In this document: positions 27,496 to 38,100 of the stretch, piece after piece
Numbering within the stretch: the stretch's first letter is position 1
Layout: every line of letters starts with the position of its first letter
Assembly (NCBI GenBank): GCA_019322895.1
Contig: JAHWHZ010000001.1
Coordinates: forward strand, 459,528-523,527
Direction of reading: 5' to 3'
DNA from: Candidatus Woesearchaeota archaeon
GTDB taxonomy: Archaea; Nanobdellota; Nanobdellia; Woesearchaeales; ARS49
DNA length: 64,000 nucleotides
Made by a program: the position numbers and the translations under genes
Notes under the pieces: model-generated
What the model was told of the DNA's origin: nothing
Databases searched by the model: none
What the model saw: only the letters and a program-made list of their open reading frames with translations

Positions 27496-28158
27496 TTCTT
27501 TTAGTTCTTTTTTGCCTAATTGTCTCTTTTTTCCTGGGCGCAATCCTTTTAGTTTTATGTTGGCCACCTGAGTTCTTTTAAGTTCCTGGACCTTGTATCC
27601 TAGCTTTGCAAAGATTCTCTTGACTATGTGCTTTTTTCCTTCGTGTATTATTATCTCAATCCCTTTTGGCAGTGACCTGTATCTTTTTATCTTTACTTTC
27701 TTTCCGTCAAGGACTATTTTTTGCAATTTGCTGAAATCCTTGAATTTTTTGTCTAATACTGCGTGGTATGTCTTGAATGTCATATATCTTGGATGCATTA
27801 TCCTGTTTGCCAGTTCGCCGTCATTTGTAAGAATCAATAATCCTTCTGTATTCTCATCAAGCCTTCCTACTGGAAATACTTTTTCTTTTATCTTTATGAG
27901 CTCCATTATTGTTTTCTTGCCTTTTTGCTTGAGAGAAGTCACATATCCTTTTGGCTTGTTGAAGGCAAAATACACTTTTTCCTCTGGCTGGATTATTTCT
28001 CCATCTAGTGTAATTACATCCAGCACAGCATCTGCTTTATCTCCTAGTTTTATCTTCTTTCCATTTACCTTGACCCTGCCCTGCGCTATGAGTTCCTCGC
28101 TTTTTCTTCTTGAGGCAATCCCTGCAGCAGCAAGTATCTTTTGCACTCTTTCTTCCAT
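27469..28158 (-). CDS. RsuA/RluB-family pseudouridine synthase with S4 domain
   Basis: N-terminal S4 (RVQKILAAAGIASRRKSEELIAQGRVKVNG) and catalytic VGRLDENTEGLLILTNDGELANRIMHP. Confidence 0.75.
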   Translation of the reverse strand: MEERVQKILAAAGIASRRKSEELIAQGRVKVNGKKIKLGDKADAVLDVITLDGEIIQPEEKVYFAFNKPKGYVTSLKQKGKKTIMELIKIKEKVFPVGRLDENTEGLLILTNDGELANRIMHPRYMTFKTYHAVLDKKFKDFSKLQKIVLDGKKVKIKRYRSLPKGIEIIIHEGKKHIVKRIFAKLGYKVQELKRTQVANIKLKGLRPGKKRQLGKKELKELKAFLKMR

Positions 28159-28210
28159 AACACTAGGATATAACAGAAGATTTAAATAATTAACTCAATA
28201 AGGCGGTCTT

Positions 28211-28807
28211 ATGATTGATGTAGTGTTTCCAGATAAAAATGAGAAGGAATTTGTTGAGATAGCTGAAAAGCTGGGATATTCAGGATTGATATTTGTTTAT
28301 GAGCATAAATTTGAATCTGGTGCTGAAAAAATCAAGACAAAGCTAAAATTGCACGATGCCTTGTCAGTTCAGCACAAAAAAATCATTTCTGCAAAAAACA
28401 AGTCAAAGTTTGTATTTGCAAAAGCAATAGAAGATAATCGTTTTGCTTTTGAAAAAGCACGACCTGCAATGGTTTTTGCATTAGAAGAAGCACAGAAAAG
28501 GGATTTCATGCATCAGAGAGGCTCTGGACTCAATCATATATTTTGCAGGCTTGCAAAAGAAAACAATGTCAAGATAGGTTTTTCCTTTAATTCAATCCTT
28601 AATTCAAGAGGGATGTCAAGAGCGCAGATAATCGGCAGGATGCAGCAGAACATCATGCTCTGCAGGAAATACAAGTGTAAGATGGTTATTGCTTCTTTTG
28701 CAAAAGATCCTTATGAGATGCGCTCTCCAAAAGATTTGATTTCTTTTTTTACAGAGATAGGAATGCACCAGAAAGAAGCAAAAGACTCATTAAATATGTT
28801 TAAATGA
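28211..28807 (+). CDS. RNase P protein component Rpp30/Rnp3-like (TIM-barrel)
   Basis: 198 aa. The conserved C-terminal ASFAKDPYEMRSPKDLISF resembles the Rpp30 signature. Call is tentative. Confidence 0.45.
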   Translation: MIDVVFPDKNEKEFVEIAEKLGYSGLIFVYEHKFESGAEKIKTKLKLHDALSVQHKKIISAKNKSKFVFAKAIEDNRFAFEKARPAMVFALEEAQKRDFMHQRGSGLNHIFCRLAKENNVKIGFSFNSILNSRGMSRAQIIGRMQQNIMLCRKYKCKMVIASFAKDPYEMRSPKDLISFFTEIGMHQKEAKDSLNMFK

Positions 28808-29390
28808 TTAATTTAATACATCTTTGTTTTAATTGCGCATCAACTATGTTGTCGCAGAGAGGCTTGTGATTGAATTCCTGCGCAGCGATCATGTAAGAAG
28901 AATCTGCGCATTCTTGTTTAACTTGATTGTTCAGGAAATAATCTGCATTCCTGGTTGCCATTGCAATGCAGTCATCAATTATTTTTTGTGTATCACTTGA
29001 TTTCAGGCAGTAGCTTTGGTCTCCTGTTGTGTATGCCAAGCACATGTAATTATCTGGCCTACAGAGTGAGCTGTCTTTTGTTATTCCTGCAATGCATCTT
29101 TTTTTAGCATCTTCTGACAGGTCTTGACATACAGAAGGGTCTCTATTCACATTTGCAGCGCAGTATATCTTTGCCTCTCCTTTTAATTTATTGCAGTATC
29201 CTATATCCCCTGTTTTTTCTGCCAGGACAGTATAGTACACTTCACCTCTTTCACCAATGCATATGTCATAGTTTTCCTCAAAAACAACTTTATATGCTGG
29301 TTTTTTGACAAGCAAGGTGAACACTAGCGCAAGAATTACGATTAATAACAGCAATAAAAGCAATACAATGATTGTTTTTCTTCTTTCCAT
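28800..29390 (-). CDS. membrane-anchored Cys-rich extracellular protein
   Basis: N-terminal poly-Leu TM anchor followed by about 16 cysteines in a recurring xYCxK/xCxD pattern. Transcribed divergently from the large surface-protein cluster. Confidence 0.5.
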   Translation of the reverse strand: MERRKTIIVLLLLLLLIVILALVFTLLVKKPAYKVVFEENYDICIGERGEVYYTVLAEKTGDIGYCNKLKGEAKIYCAANVNRDPSVCQDLSEDAKKRCIAGITKDSSLCRPDNYMCLAYTTGDQSYCLKSSDTQKIIDDCIAMATRNADYFLNNQVKQECADSSYMIAAQEFNHKPLCDNIVDAQLKQRCIKLII

Positions 29391-29456
29391 CTTGCCTCTT
29401 TTTATAAGATTGTTTTTTGTCTTTGACTATTTAAAACTTTCTTTGCAAGGTAAGCG

Positions 29457-29556
29457 GCAATGCTGCCTGGCGAAGTTATCCAAATGACAAGCGGTTTCAG
29501 ATAAATCTGATGTATATGTGATTTAAGCAGCGTAACGTAGCGCAGTATTGCTGCAA
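29457..29556. repeat. intergenic repeat element, copy D (full-length, about 100 nt, terminal inverted repeats)
   Basis: The 5' end is GCAATGCTGCCTGGCGAAGT, the centre is GCGGTTTCAGATAAATCTGA (near-palindrome TCAGAT..ATCTGA) and the 3' end is AGCGCAGTATTGCTGC, the inverse of the 5' end. Homologous to the reverse complement of 52713-52806. Confidence 0.7.
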
Positions 29557-29635
29557 TACAATAAACTTAACTCAACTCTTTACCCAAAAGGTTTATATAT
29601 TAAATACTCGATATTAACGTTAAAAGAGGGTTTAT

Positions 29636-32600
29636 ATGGGAAGCAAACATACATTACTAGTTATTTTAGTGTTAATTCTGTTTTCTAGCACTGTTTATGC
29701 TGTTGATTTTGAGCTTGCATTTGGGTATCCAATGTATAATCTCTCTTATAGCAAACAGTTTTGGGGTGTTGCTGACACAACAGGCCCTTATTTTATCTTG
29801 GAAAATACAGGAATCTGGACTATTCATCCTACTGAAATCGAAGTGGAGGGTTTATTAGAGGTAGACCCGCCTTTTATTGCTGTAGAAGCCAGAGGGCACT
29901 ATACAGACAGATATGCTTGTGAAGGAAACAGGGGCGGCGGAGGATGTAATTCCCATTTGAAAGTTTTATTAGAATATAATCAAAAAGAGGTATGGGACAA
30001 TGTCCGGCGCGCAGACAATCCTCCTAACTGGTATGAAGATCCTATCAATGTTATTTCAGATTATGTAGAATATAAGAGAGTTTCTGGAAGAAAGGAGTGT
30101 ACTAATAGAGATCCTGATGTGAATTGCTGGCCTGACCAGGTAATTCAATTTTATTATGCTCCAATCATTGTAAAGGATTTTAACAATGTATTTGTTGAAG
30201 ATGAGACAAAATCTCTTGGAACTGTTGGAGAGATAATGGGAGAGGATTTTCCAGATGGTGTTAATGCAACTGTTTACACTGGAATTTTTTCAGAGAATAA
30301 ACAGGTTCTTTTCTGGATTGCTGATTATCCTGATTCTTCTGCAGATTATCCTGCGGAGCCTGAAAAAAATACTGCAGACAAGACAGATTATATACTTGCA
30401 TGCGCGGATTTTGACCAAAATAATAAATGCGATCACTTACAGTCTACTGTCCAGACCTGCTGGGATGAAGATGGTGCCTGGTTTGGCAGGAATTATCATG
30501 AAGGCCAGTTATATGGTGGAGGATTTGTGGAAGGATGTTGTGTTGATAATGACCCTCAAAAAATTGCGCGCCTGAATGCAGCAGGAATTGAAGCTTTTCA
30601 CTGCGGATATTATGATCACAGGCTCAAGGCATTGTGCGGTTATGATGAGCAGGGAAATCATCACTGGGCTTCCTTAGAGCAGGCAGGCAGTATTGCAGAT
30701 TTAAGAGGCTGTCCTGGTTTTAATATTGTATCAAATGGAAGAAGATTTTATGGATGTCGCGCCGGAAATTTAGGGTTTGCTACATTTGATACAAATGTTT
30801 CTGTTCAAAGGACATGGTATGACTGGGAAGGCAAGTGGCATGCAAAAGCTGAAAATGAAGACTTGTTTGAAGGCGCATTATATACTAATGCCAATGATTG
30901 GCTTAGAGATTATTTTGATGACAATGGAAAAACTGATTTATGTAGATTAACTGAGAGCATGTGCAATGCGGAGAATGCATATGAAAGCGCGTATAAGTGC
31001 GACTTTACTGATGATCCTAATACCGAAAGATATCAGGTTAATAGTGATGAAGCAACTGTTTATTGGGACTTATCTACAGATGACTGGCCTGATTTGTTTT
31101 GTCCATATAGGATAAGCATATATCCTCTGGAACACCAAACGAAGAGTATCTACAGTGCTTCTGGCACACACACTTATCTTTGTGATTCTACCACTGGAAA
31201 CTTGTTTGAATGTACAGGAGACCTGCCTTCTTTTACAAATCCTTATGAAAATCCTGGTGCAATTGCTGAGACAGGCAGGACAACTGTTGAGCTGGTTGGT
31301 GCAGGCGGCTGTCCTCCAGGAATATTGTCTTACTGGACTTTTGATGATACTGTGCAGGATTCTAAAGGAGATTTCAATGGATTGCTTTCTGGCGCAACTT
31401 ATGCAGAAGGCATTGTTAATAATGCCCTATTGTTTGATGGCAATGACAAGGTGACTGTTTCAGGAAATCTAACAACCCCTGCAAGTAATTTTACGATTGA
31501 GTCATGGATTTATCCTGAGCAGGTTGATGAAGGCACTTATTCAATATTAGAAAAGCCTGGCTCTTACAAGCTTGAGATAGTTGATAGAAGACTTAAGGCA
31601 GGAGTCAATATTGATGGAACCTGGGAAAACTTTGGACATGCATTAGTAAGCAAGAATGACTGGGCTCACATCGCTTTGATTTTTAATGGCAACACTGCGA
31701 GACTTTTCAAGAATGGCGACCCTGTCGGTCATGCTGACAAGACAGGAAGCATAACAAAAACAATCAATCCTTTGGTTATTGGCCAGAATTTCATAGGCAA
31801 GATTGATGAAGTCGCTCTTTATGATGAATCGCTTTCCTATACTCTCTTTAAGGCGCATAAGGATGCTGAAAGAAACTATTGCAATCTTTCCACCGGATTT
31901 ACACAAATAGAATATTGTGCATCAGATGGCTGGTGGACGTATGATTTAGATACAAAAGATGAAAGCTCTTGTGAAAAATCTGGATTCAAGTGGACAGGAC
32001 ATTTGTGCTGCTCAGAAGACAATGATGAAAATGAATTTTACAATGATTGGGATTCTCCTGCACTGCCTTTTGATTATAGCAGGAAATCTGCAAATGTAGA
32101 TTTATTGCCAGATTCAGATAATCCGACATTTATCACATTAAAACCTAGAAAATCAAGAATTACTATTTACGGTCCTGCAAGGTTTGAGATGCGCGTGTAT
32201 TCTTCTGAGAAATTCGGAACAACATATGATAGATGTGAAGAGATTGAAGATAAAACACGCATCATCGAAATAAAATCAGGAGAATCAAGAACATTCAGGG
32301 CAGAACAAGGGCCTGCAGAAGGAGGAGACAATTGCATTTACAGGGAGATAGAGCTTGAGTCAAAGCCATTTGAGGCTCTTGGCGGATGCTGGAACAAGAC
32401 TTTTGTGCCGATTGGGCATTTTGCAGAGCCGCACGTCATTAATTATCACGGCAAGTTTTACAGCTGCGGCATACCTGCATTAGATTTGATTGATACGCGT
32501 AATGGCAGCACGCTTGTTAAGTCTGTCAGTCCTACATGCAGTCACATAATGCTTCATGCAAGAGGGCCGTTACTGCACGCTGTCTGCAATCCTGGAAAGG

Positions 32601-32782
32601 ACTGGCAGTTCACAAACAATTCTGATGCAACAATGCAAAAAAGTGTTGCATGGGATATTGCAGGAACAAATGCAACTGAAATAGGGTGTTGCGGTCCTGA
32701 TGAGTGCTGGAATGGTTTTAATTGCGTTAAAATCGGCAGGTTCCAGGAAATAGATTCAGTCTCATATTTTTGCGGGGAATAA
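29636..32782 (+). CDS. large secreted Cys-rich surface protein with concanavalin-A-like/LamG domain
   Basis: 1048 aa with a signal peptide. The LamG_3-like segment is LSYWTFDDT...NGLLSGATY...LFDG...DWAHIALIFNGNTARLFKNGDPVG...KIDEVALYD. More than 50 Cys. Confidence 0.65.
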   Translation: MGSKHTLLVILVLILFSSTVYAVDFELAFGYPMYNLSYSKQFWGVADTTGPYFILENTGIWTIHPTEIEVEGLLEVDPPFIAVEARGHYTDRYACEGNRGGGGCNSHLKVLLEYNQKEVWDNVRRADNPPNWYEDPINVISDYVEYKRVSGRKECTNRDPDVNCWPDQVIQFYYAPIIVKDFNNVFVEDETKSLGTVGEIMGEDFPDGVNATVYTGIFSENKQVLFWIADYPDSSADYPAEPEKNTADKTDYILACADFDQNNKCDHLQSTVQTCWDEDGAWFGRNYHEGQLYGGGFVEGCCVDNDPQKIARLNAAGIEAFHCGYYDHRLKALCGYDEQGNHHWASLEQAGSIADLRGCPGFNIVSNGRRFYGCRAGNLGFATFDTNVSVQRTWYDWEGKWHAKAENEDLFEGALYTNANDWLRDYFDDNGKTDLCRLTESMCNAENAYESAYKCDFTDDPNTERYQVNSDEATVYWDLSTDDWPDLFCPYRISIYPLEHQTKSIYSASGTHTYLCDSTTGNLFECTGDLPSFTNPYENPGAIAETGRTTVELVGAGGCPPGILSYWTFDDTVQDSKGDFNGLLSGATYAEGIVNNALLFDGNDKVTVSGNLTTPASNFTIESWIYPEQVDEGTYSILEKPGSYKLEIVDRRLKAGVNIDGTWENFGHALVSKNDWAHIALIFNGNTARLFKNGDPVGHADKTGSITKTINPLVIGQNFIGKIDEVALYDESLSYTLFKAHKDAERNYCNLSTGFTQIEYCASDGWWTYDLDTKDESSCEKSGFKWTGHLCCSEDNDENEFYNDWDSPALPFDYSRKSANVDLLPDSDNPTFITLKPRKSRITIYGPARFEMRVYSSEKFGTTYDRCEEIEDKTRIIEIKSGESRTFRAEQGPAEGGDNCIYREIELESKPFEALGGCWNKTFVPIGHFAEPHVINYHGKFYSCGIPALDLIDTRNGSTLVKSVSPTCSHIMLHARGPLLHAVCNPGKDWQFTNNSDATMQKSVAWDIAGTNATEIGCCGPDECWNGFNCVKIGRFQEIDSVSYFCGE

Positions 32783-32797
32783 AAAAGAGGTGATTAG

Positions 32798-33922
32798 TTG
32801 AAAAAACCATTGATTTGGTTATGTATAATCATTTTGCTAGTTTTTGCTGTTTTTGCAGCAGACTGGTATGGGCCTCTTAGCTTAAAGCAAAATTGGGACA
32901 GGACAGAATCTGGCGTGTGTCCGAACATAAAGCAGTGTCTTGTGAGTGCAAGCCCGCAGGCAAAAGCCGAATATAATGACCAGCCAGGAAAATATTTTAC
33001 AGACCCTCCTGGCCCCAAATGCATTGCAGACAAGCAGCATATTCTTGATTATTACTGCGAAGAAGGCAGCTGGACAACAAGAACAAAACTTATTGCCTTG
33101 ACTTTGATGGATTTTGCAAGCACGCAGTCAAACAAGTTTGCCTTGTTCTGCGGAAATTACAAGGACGCTCTTAATCATTACCAGTATCTTGTGGGTTCTA
33201 ACACAGATACAAAATTAGTTGAAGACTTTCTGAAAGATTACAGATGCCCGCAATACAATACAACGACAAAAGAAGCATGCGTGAACAACATCTGTGTCTT
33301 GAAATACCAGGATGGAGTTGCAATAGGCACTAGCTTGAACACAAAAATAAATGATGACGAGCATTCGTTCCTGCTTGCATTGAATCATTCAAGTGATGCC
33401 TGCGACAATATAAATTCAGGCGAAAATTTTCAAAGATGCACAGACTGGAACAAAAGAGGAAGAGCATTTTATAACCCCGGCATAAATTCATTTATTTACT
33501 TGTCTACAGATGATACTCTTCCTTCTGCAAAATATTCTGCAGCATATAATGCATTCATCAAGAATAACCTGGAGTCAATAGAAGATTATGCAGCTAATAT
33601 CCAGGATTCAAATCTTAGTTTTGTCAAGAATACAAGATTATTCAATAATTTTTATTATTCCCAGCAAGGAAGCGGAAAAATAATTTTTGCATTTTTAGAA
33701 GAGGGTCAGGAACTTTTTGATTATGATTATGTCGGTGCAAGATACAAGGGTATTGACTTAGGTAATAATCCTTGCAGTGATGTGTTTGAGCAGTATGATG
33801 CCTGGTCATTTTGCGAAGAGACAAGCGGAGACATAAAGATAATCGCAAAGCAGACCCCTGACAAAAAAAGCCCGCTGGTTGAAGCATGGGCAGATTTGTC
33901 AGGAAAATTAAGGCCAAAATGA
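32798..33922 (+). CDS. secreted Cys-rich protein
   Basis: 374 aa. The TTG start at 32798 is preceded by AGAGGTGA at 5-nt spacing. Signal peptide MKKPLIWLCIIILLVFAVFA. Confidence 0.55.
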   Translation: MKKPLIWLCIIILLVFAVFAADWYGPLSLKQNWDRTESGVCPNIKQCLVSASPQAKAEYNDQPGKYFTDPPGPKCIADKQHILDYYCEEGSWTTRTKLIALTLMDFASTQSNKFALFCGNYKDALNHYQYLVGSNTDTKLVEDFLKDYRCPQYNTTTKEACVNNICVLKYQDGVAIGTSLNTKINDDEHSFLLALNHSSDACDNINSGENFQRCTDWNKRGRAFYNPGINSFIYLSTDDTLPSAKYSAAYNAFIKNNLESIEDYAANIQDSNLSFVKNTRLFNNFYYSQQGSGKIIFAFLEEGQELFDYDYVGARYKGIDLGNNPCSDVFEQYDAWSFCEETSGDIKIIAKQTPDKKSPLVEAWADLSGKLRPK

Positions 33923-35196
33923 GAAACGCACAGATAACATTGTTTTTGATTATTGGAATCGTTATTTTGCTGGGGGCTGGATTGTTGATTTACATGGTAT
34001 CAATAACACCTGAAAAAAAAGGAGAAGAAACAGTGGTTGGGCAGACTTTAAGGCAGCAGGCAGTGCAGCCTGTCAAGGATTACATAACTACTTGTCTTGA
34101 TATTGTTTCTTCAGATGCCCTTGAATTAGTTGGCAAGCAGGGCGGAAGATTGTATCAAGAGCAGGGAAGCATTATTCCTAATCCTTCTGTAGATAAGCTT
34201 GGAATTATTTTCATGGATTATGATGACTCGAAGCTATCGTATTCGATAGTTCCTCCAAAAGGCAATGTTGGCGCCTTGTTTTTTTCTGATGTTCCAGAAT
34301 ATCCTTGGCCCAGCTTCCCATATACAGCCAATGGAAACACCTCAGATCTTGGTTACTTTGGATTATCAAGGCTGCCGGCATTGTACAAGAATTTCAGCAC
34401 AGACTCTATACAACAGCAATTAGAGACATACATCTCAAACAATATCGCAAAATGCACTTTGTGGGATAATAAGTTCCCTGGCTTTAAGATTACAACAGGA
34501 ACACCTATGACAACAATGATTATTGCAGAGAATCTTACACACTTGCGGCAGGAAGAATATATTTCATTTGTGCTTGACTGGCCTGTTACAATAACAGAAG
34601 AAAGCAGTGGTGCCAGGATTACTTTAGATAGGTTCACGGTCAATTATCCTGTCGCATTTGGCAGGATGTATTATACAATCAAGAGCATAGTAGAAGCTGA
34701 AATATCTAACATGAGTTATGAGCCGATTACAACAGATGCTTATTTTATCACAATAAACAATAATGCTTACAACAAGGATGACATAATTGTTTACCAGGAC
34801 AAGAAATACAGTCTCAAGGGGGTTCCTTATGAATTCAGGATTGCAAGAAAGAACCGGGCTCCTGCACTTCATTTGATTGATCAGAAAGAGATAGACAAGT
34901 TTGCATATTGCGTGGATATTGTGAAGTTCTCTTTGCAGGGAAACAAGTTGTATGCAAGTCCTGACCTGGAAGACGGCGATCCTTTTCCATTAAACAGTAC
35001 AGCAATTGATCCAGACAATGATGTGATTTCCTTTAAGCTCAAGCCAACTACGCCAAAAGTGGATTCATATGCAGTTGCTTTGTACAAGGATAATCCTGCA
35101 AAAGGAGGATTGCTTTTCAAGGTCTATGCAGATGACGGCGAGCTTGAAGATTACCAGCAGATAAGGATAATTCCTAAAGGATGTGCAGAAGATTGA
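33919..35196 (+). CDS. membrane-anchored protein with class III (prepilin-like) signal-peptide-type N-terminus
   Basis: The start is set at ATG 33919 (MRNAQITLFLIIGIVILLGAGLL), which overlaps the upstream stop as ATGA. The tracker's start is 33886. Confidence 0.5.
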   Translation: MRNAQITLFLIIGIVILLGAGLLIYMVSITPEKKGEETVVGQTLRQQAVQPVKDYITTCLDIVSSDALELVGKQGGRLYQEQGSIIPNPSVDKLGIIFMDYDDSKLSYSIVPPKGNVGALFFSDVPEYPWPSFPYTANGNTSDLGYFGLSRLPALYKNFSTDSIQQQLETYISNNIAKCTLWDNKFPGFKITTGTPMTTMIIAENLTHLRQEEYISFVLDWPVTITEESSGARITLDRFTVNYPVAFGRMYYTIKSIVEAEISNMSYEPITTDAYFITINNNAYNKDDIIVYQDKKYSLKGVPYEFRIARKNRAPALHLIDQKEIDKFAYCVDIVKFSLQGNKLYASPDLEDGDPFPLNSTAIDPDNDVISFKLKPTTPKVDSYAVALYKDNPAKGGLLFKVYADDGELEDYQQIRIIPKGCAED

Positions 35197-38100
35197 ATAA
35201 AAAAATATTATTGATATCCATTATGATGATTTTAACAGCATTAGCTGCAGCTGTTTTTGCGCAGCAGTTTGGCTGCTGCTGTGATCCTATTGTCAGGACA
35301 GGCTCTATAATGAACCAGTCAGCATGCGTCTCCCCTTTTGTATTTGTTCCAATTCCTGCTTTTGGCTTTACTGGCTGCCCTGCTTTGTGCAATGCAACAA
35401 ACATAACTGCACCGCCTACAGTCCCGCCTAGCTGCACTGCTCCTGGATACAAGCCGCCTGTCTCAAATCTTTTTGTCTTGCCTGTTAAAGGCGAAAAAGC
35501 AGTCCAGATTGACTTTAATCTTCCCTGCCCTGTGAATCATGTCAAGATTTACCGCTGCCAAGGCTCTGGATGCACTAACTTTACCTTGTTGACAACCCTT
35601 GGCTCTTCTAATTCATACAAGGATGAGTCTGCTGACTTGCTATGGGACGAGGATTATAATTACAAGATTATTGCAAACTATAAAGTGTCTGGTGATTCAA
35701 CTCCAGCAACAGCAGAAGTAAATATAGGAGACTTGGAGTGCTGGTATCAGACAACAAATGACTTGTTTTGCATTGCTCCGTATTATTATGACCAGTTCAA
35801 GAGCTATCTTAAAAAATACGGCTACAAGATAGCTTCTGCAGATGATTTTAAGGCGGATTTTGATTCAGAAAGAGATTCTGTATTCAATGACTTTTATAGA
35901 AAATCCTGGCGCTGCAATGACATGAATCAATTGTCAAAGCCTTCTCCACAGGTTTCCTGCACAGAGGATGAAATATGCATCTCAGATGGAAGCACTGCAA
36001 AGTGTGTTGAGAGTGTTTCCTGCGATCTTGGAGGAGATTTTGGCCTGCAGTCTGATGTAGATGACTGCGAGGGAGAATATGGAGAAATCAAGTATTGCTT
36101 CTTGGACAAGTCAACTACTGTTGTAAACAAGTGCTATCCTTGCAATCCTCAGATGACTTGTTATGATTATCATTCAGAAGATGCCTGTCTTAGAGATAAT
36201 TGTGGCGCAGGCCAGTGTGCATGGACAGATGTGTTTCCTGATTTAGGAATAGGTGTTTGTTATGACGCGCGTTTTGATGCGTGCAGCTTGTGCCAGGCAA
36301 GGCCAAGCAGCAGTGCTTCAAACAAGGAAGGCTTTAATGAGGTGTTTGATGCTTGCACTGAGGAAAAAGCAAGAGCACTTTCTACAGATGAAATACCTTG
36401 CTTCTTCAATAAAAATACGCAGGAAGGCCAGAGCTGCGATTATGTTGATTGTACAGCTTATACGCAGACGCAGTGCAGTTCTCCTGCTGGAGGAATCCAG
36501 TTAAATTCAGACAATTCAATAAAAGTTGGCAGCAATGATGCCTGCCAGATAAATGTGTGCCAGTATTCCGTTGAGACAGGATGCGTGAAGAATGCAAATG
36601 GAGCATCAGGTGTTGGCTGGTCTGACTGCCTTGATGCAGAAGATCCTGAATTATGTGAAAAAGATTATTTTCCTCCTGAAACAATTGCTGTCTTGACTGG
36701 AGAAGCTCCTGGAAAGCACGATTATATTGACTTGATAATAAATGACATGACAAGCAGGACAGGCAAGACAAAAGAGATGCAGGGCGAGCCAGGATACAAG
36801 ACATACTTGTGCATTGTTTCAGCAAATAATTCCTGCAATATTGCTTCAGCATTTCCTATCACCACAACAAAATCAAGATTGATAATAAATGATTTGAACC
36901 TGCAGGACGGCCAGGATGTTGTTGGCAAATTCAGCGAGGGAAACAACAAGGTCAAGTTTTATTCTGTTGATCCTAACAAGAATCTGGAAGTCATAAAGGA
37001 AGTTATTGTTTTTGCATGTGACAAGTGTTCAGGCCCAAAAGCAATTAACATAACTGTTACAGGAGCAAATGAGGTTAATGGAAAGTTTTACACAAGGGTT
37101 TTGCAGCCTTCAATAAAGATTACTTTTGATGAGCCTGCAGAATTGATTGCCTCCAGCCTGGACAAGGCAGGTGTTTTGCAATCGCTAGCATCTTCTCCTA
37201 CTTCTGGATTGAATTACCAGTATACTTTCATGCCAAACAACCAGCTGTCAGAAGGAGTCTATAGGTTCTCAGTCAATGCAAAAGATGATAATGGTGTTTC
37301 AATGGATAATCCTGTTGTCTTTGACTTGTACATAGACACAACACCTCCGACTGTTGTGATTACTCCAGAGGATGGTGTAGAGTTTGAGACAAAAGATGTT
37401 GCAGTTGCCTTGAATTTCAGCGAGCCTGTCTTTTTCAACAAGACAACACTGGATGAGGTTGTCTTCATAAATGAGTTTGCAAAAGAATCATTTCCGATAT
37501 ATCTTTCAAGAGAGCTCAGCTCAGAAAACAGCAAGTATTTTTCAGGCATTGTAACAAATCTTAAGGCAGGATTAAAAATAGTCAATGTTGATGTCACTGA
37601 TTATGCAGGCAATGTCTTGAGAACAAAATCTTATTTCTCAGTTTTTGCAGGCCCTCCAAAAATCAGGATGGTACATCCGAGCTGGGGAATCTCGTCAGTA
37701 TTCTCTTTCAATGTAACAGTTGAATCGTCTACAAAAGCAAAGTGCAAGTATATCTATGATGTTCCTGCACCTCCGCCTGCAACACAGTTTGATAGTTTGA
37801 GTGATTTTGATTCAAGCGACGGCATATATCATGTAATCAATCAAGTCACGATTCCTTACGGCGATACTTCAACACATTCCCTGCACGTATACTGCAAAGC
37901 AGGAGAATTCAATATCTCAAGGCAGTCATTTAACTTGTTTATTGATTCAATAGCTCCAAAGATAGTTTCTGCTTACGCAAATCCAGACCCTATTGTTGAG
38001 CCAGTGGAAACAGGTGCAGAGATTTACTCAACAAGGCTGCAGGTGCAGACAGATGAAGAAGGATTCTGCAAGTACAGTGCAGACAAGCAGGACTTCAAGG

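Noticed and set aside
27469-28158. Idea that the window is from a CPR bacterium (because of RsuA-type synthase and SD usage)
   Set aside because: Core informational genes (PAN, archaeal TyrRS, RFC, FEN1, Pelota, L14e/L34e, RadA/RadB, EndA, AglB-like) are unambiguously archaeal.
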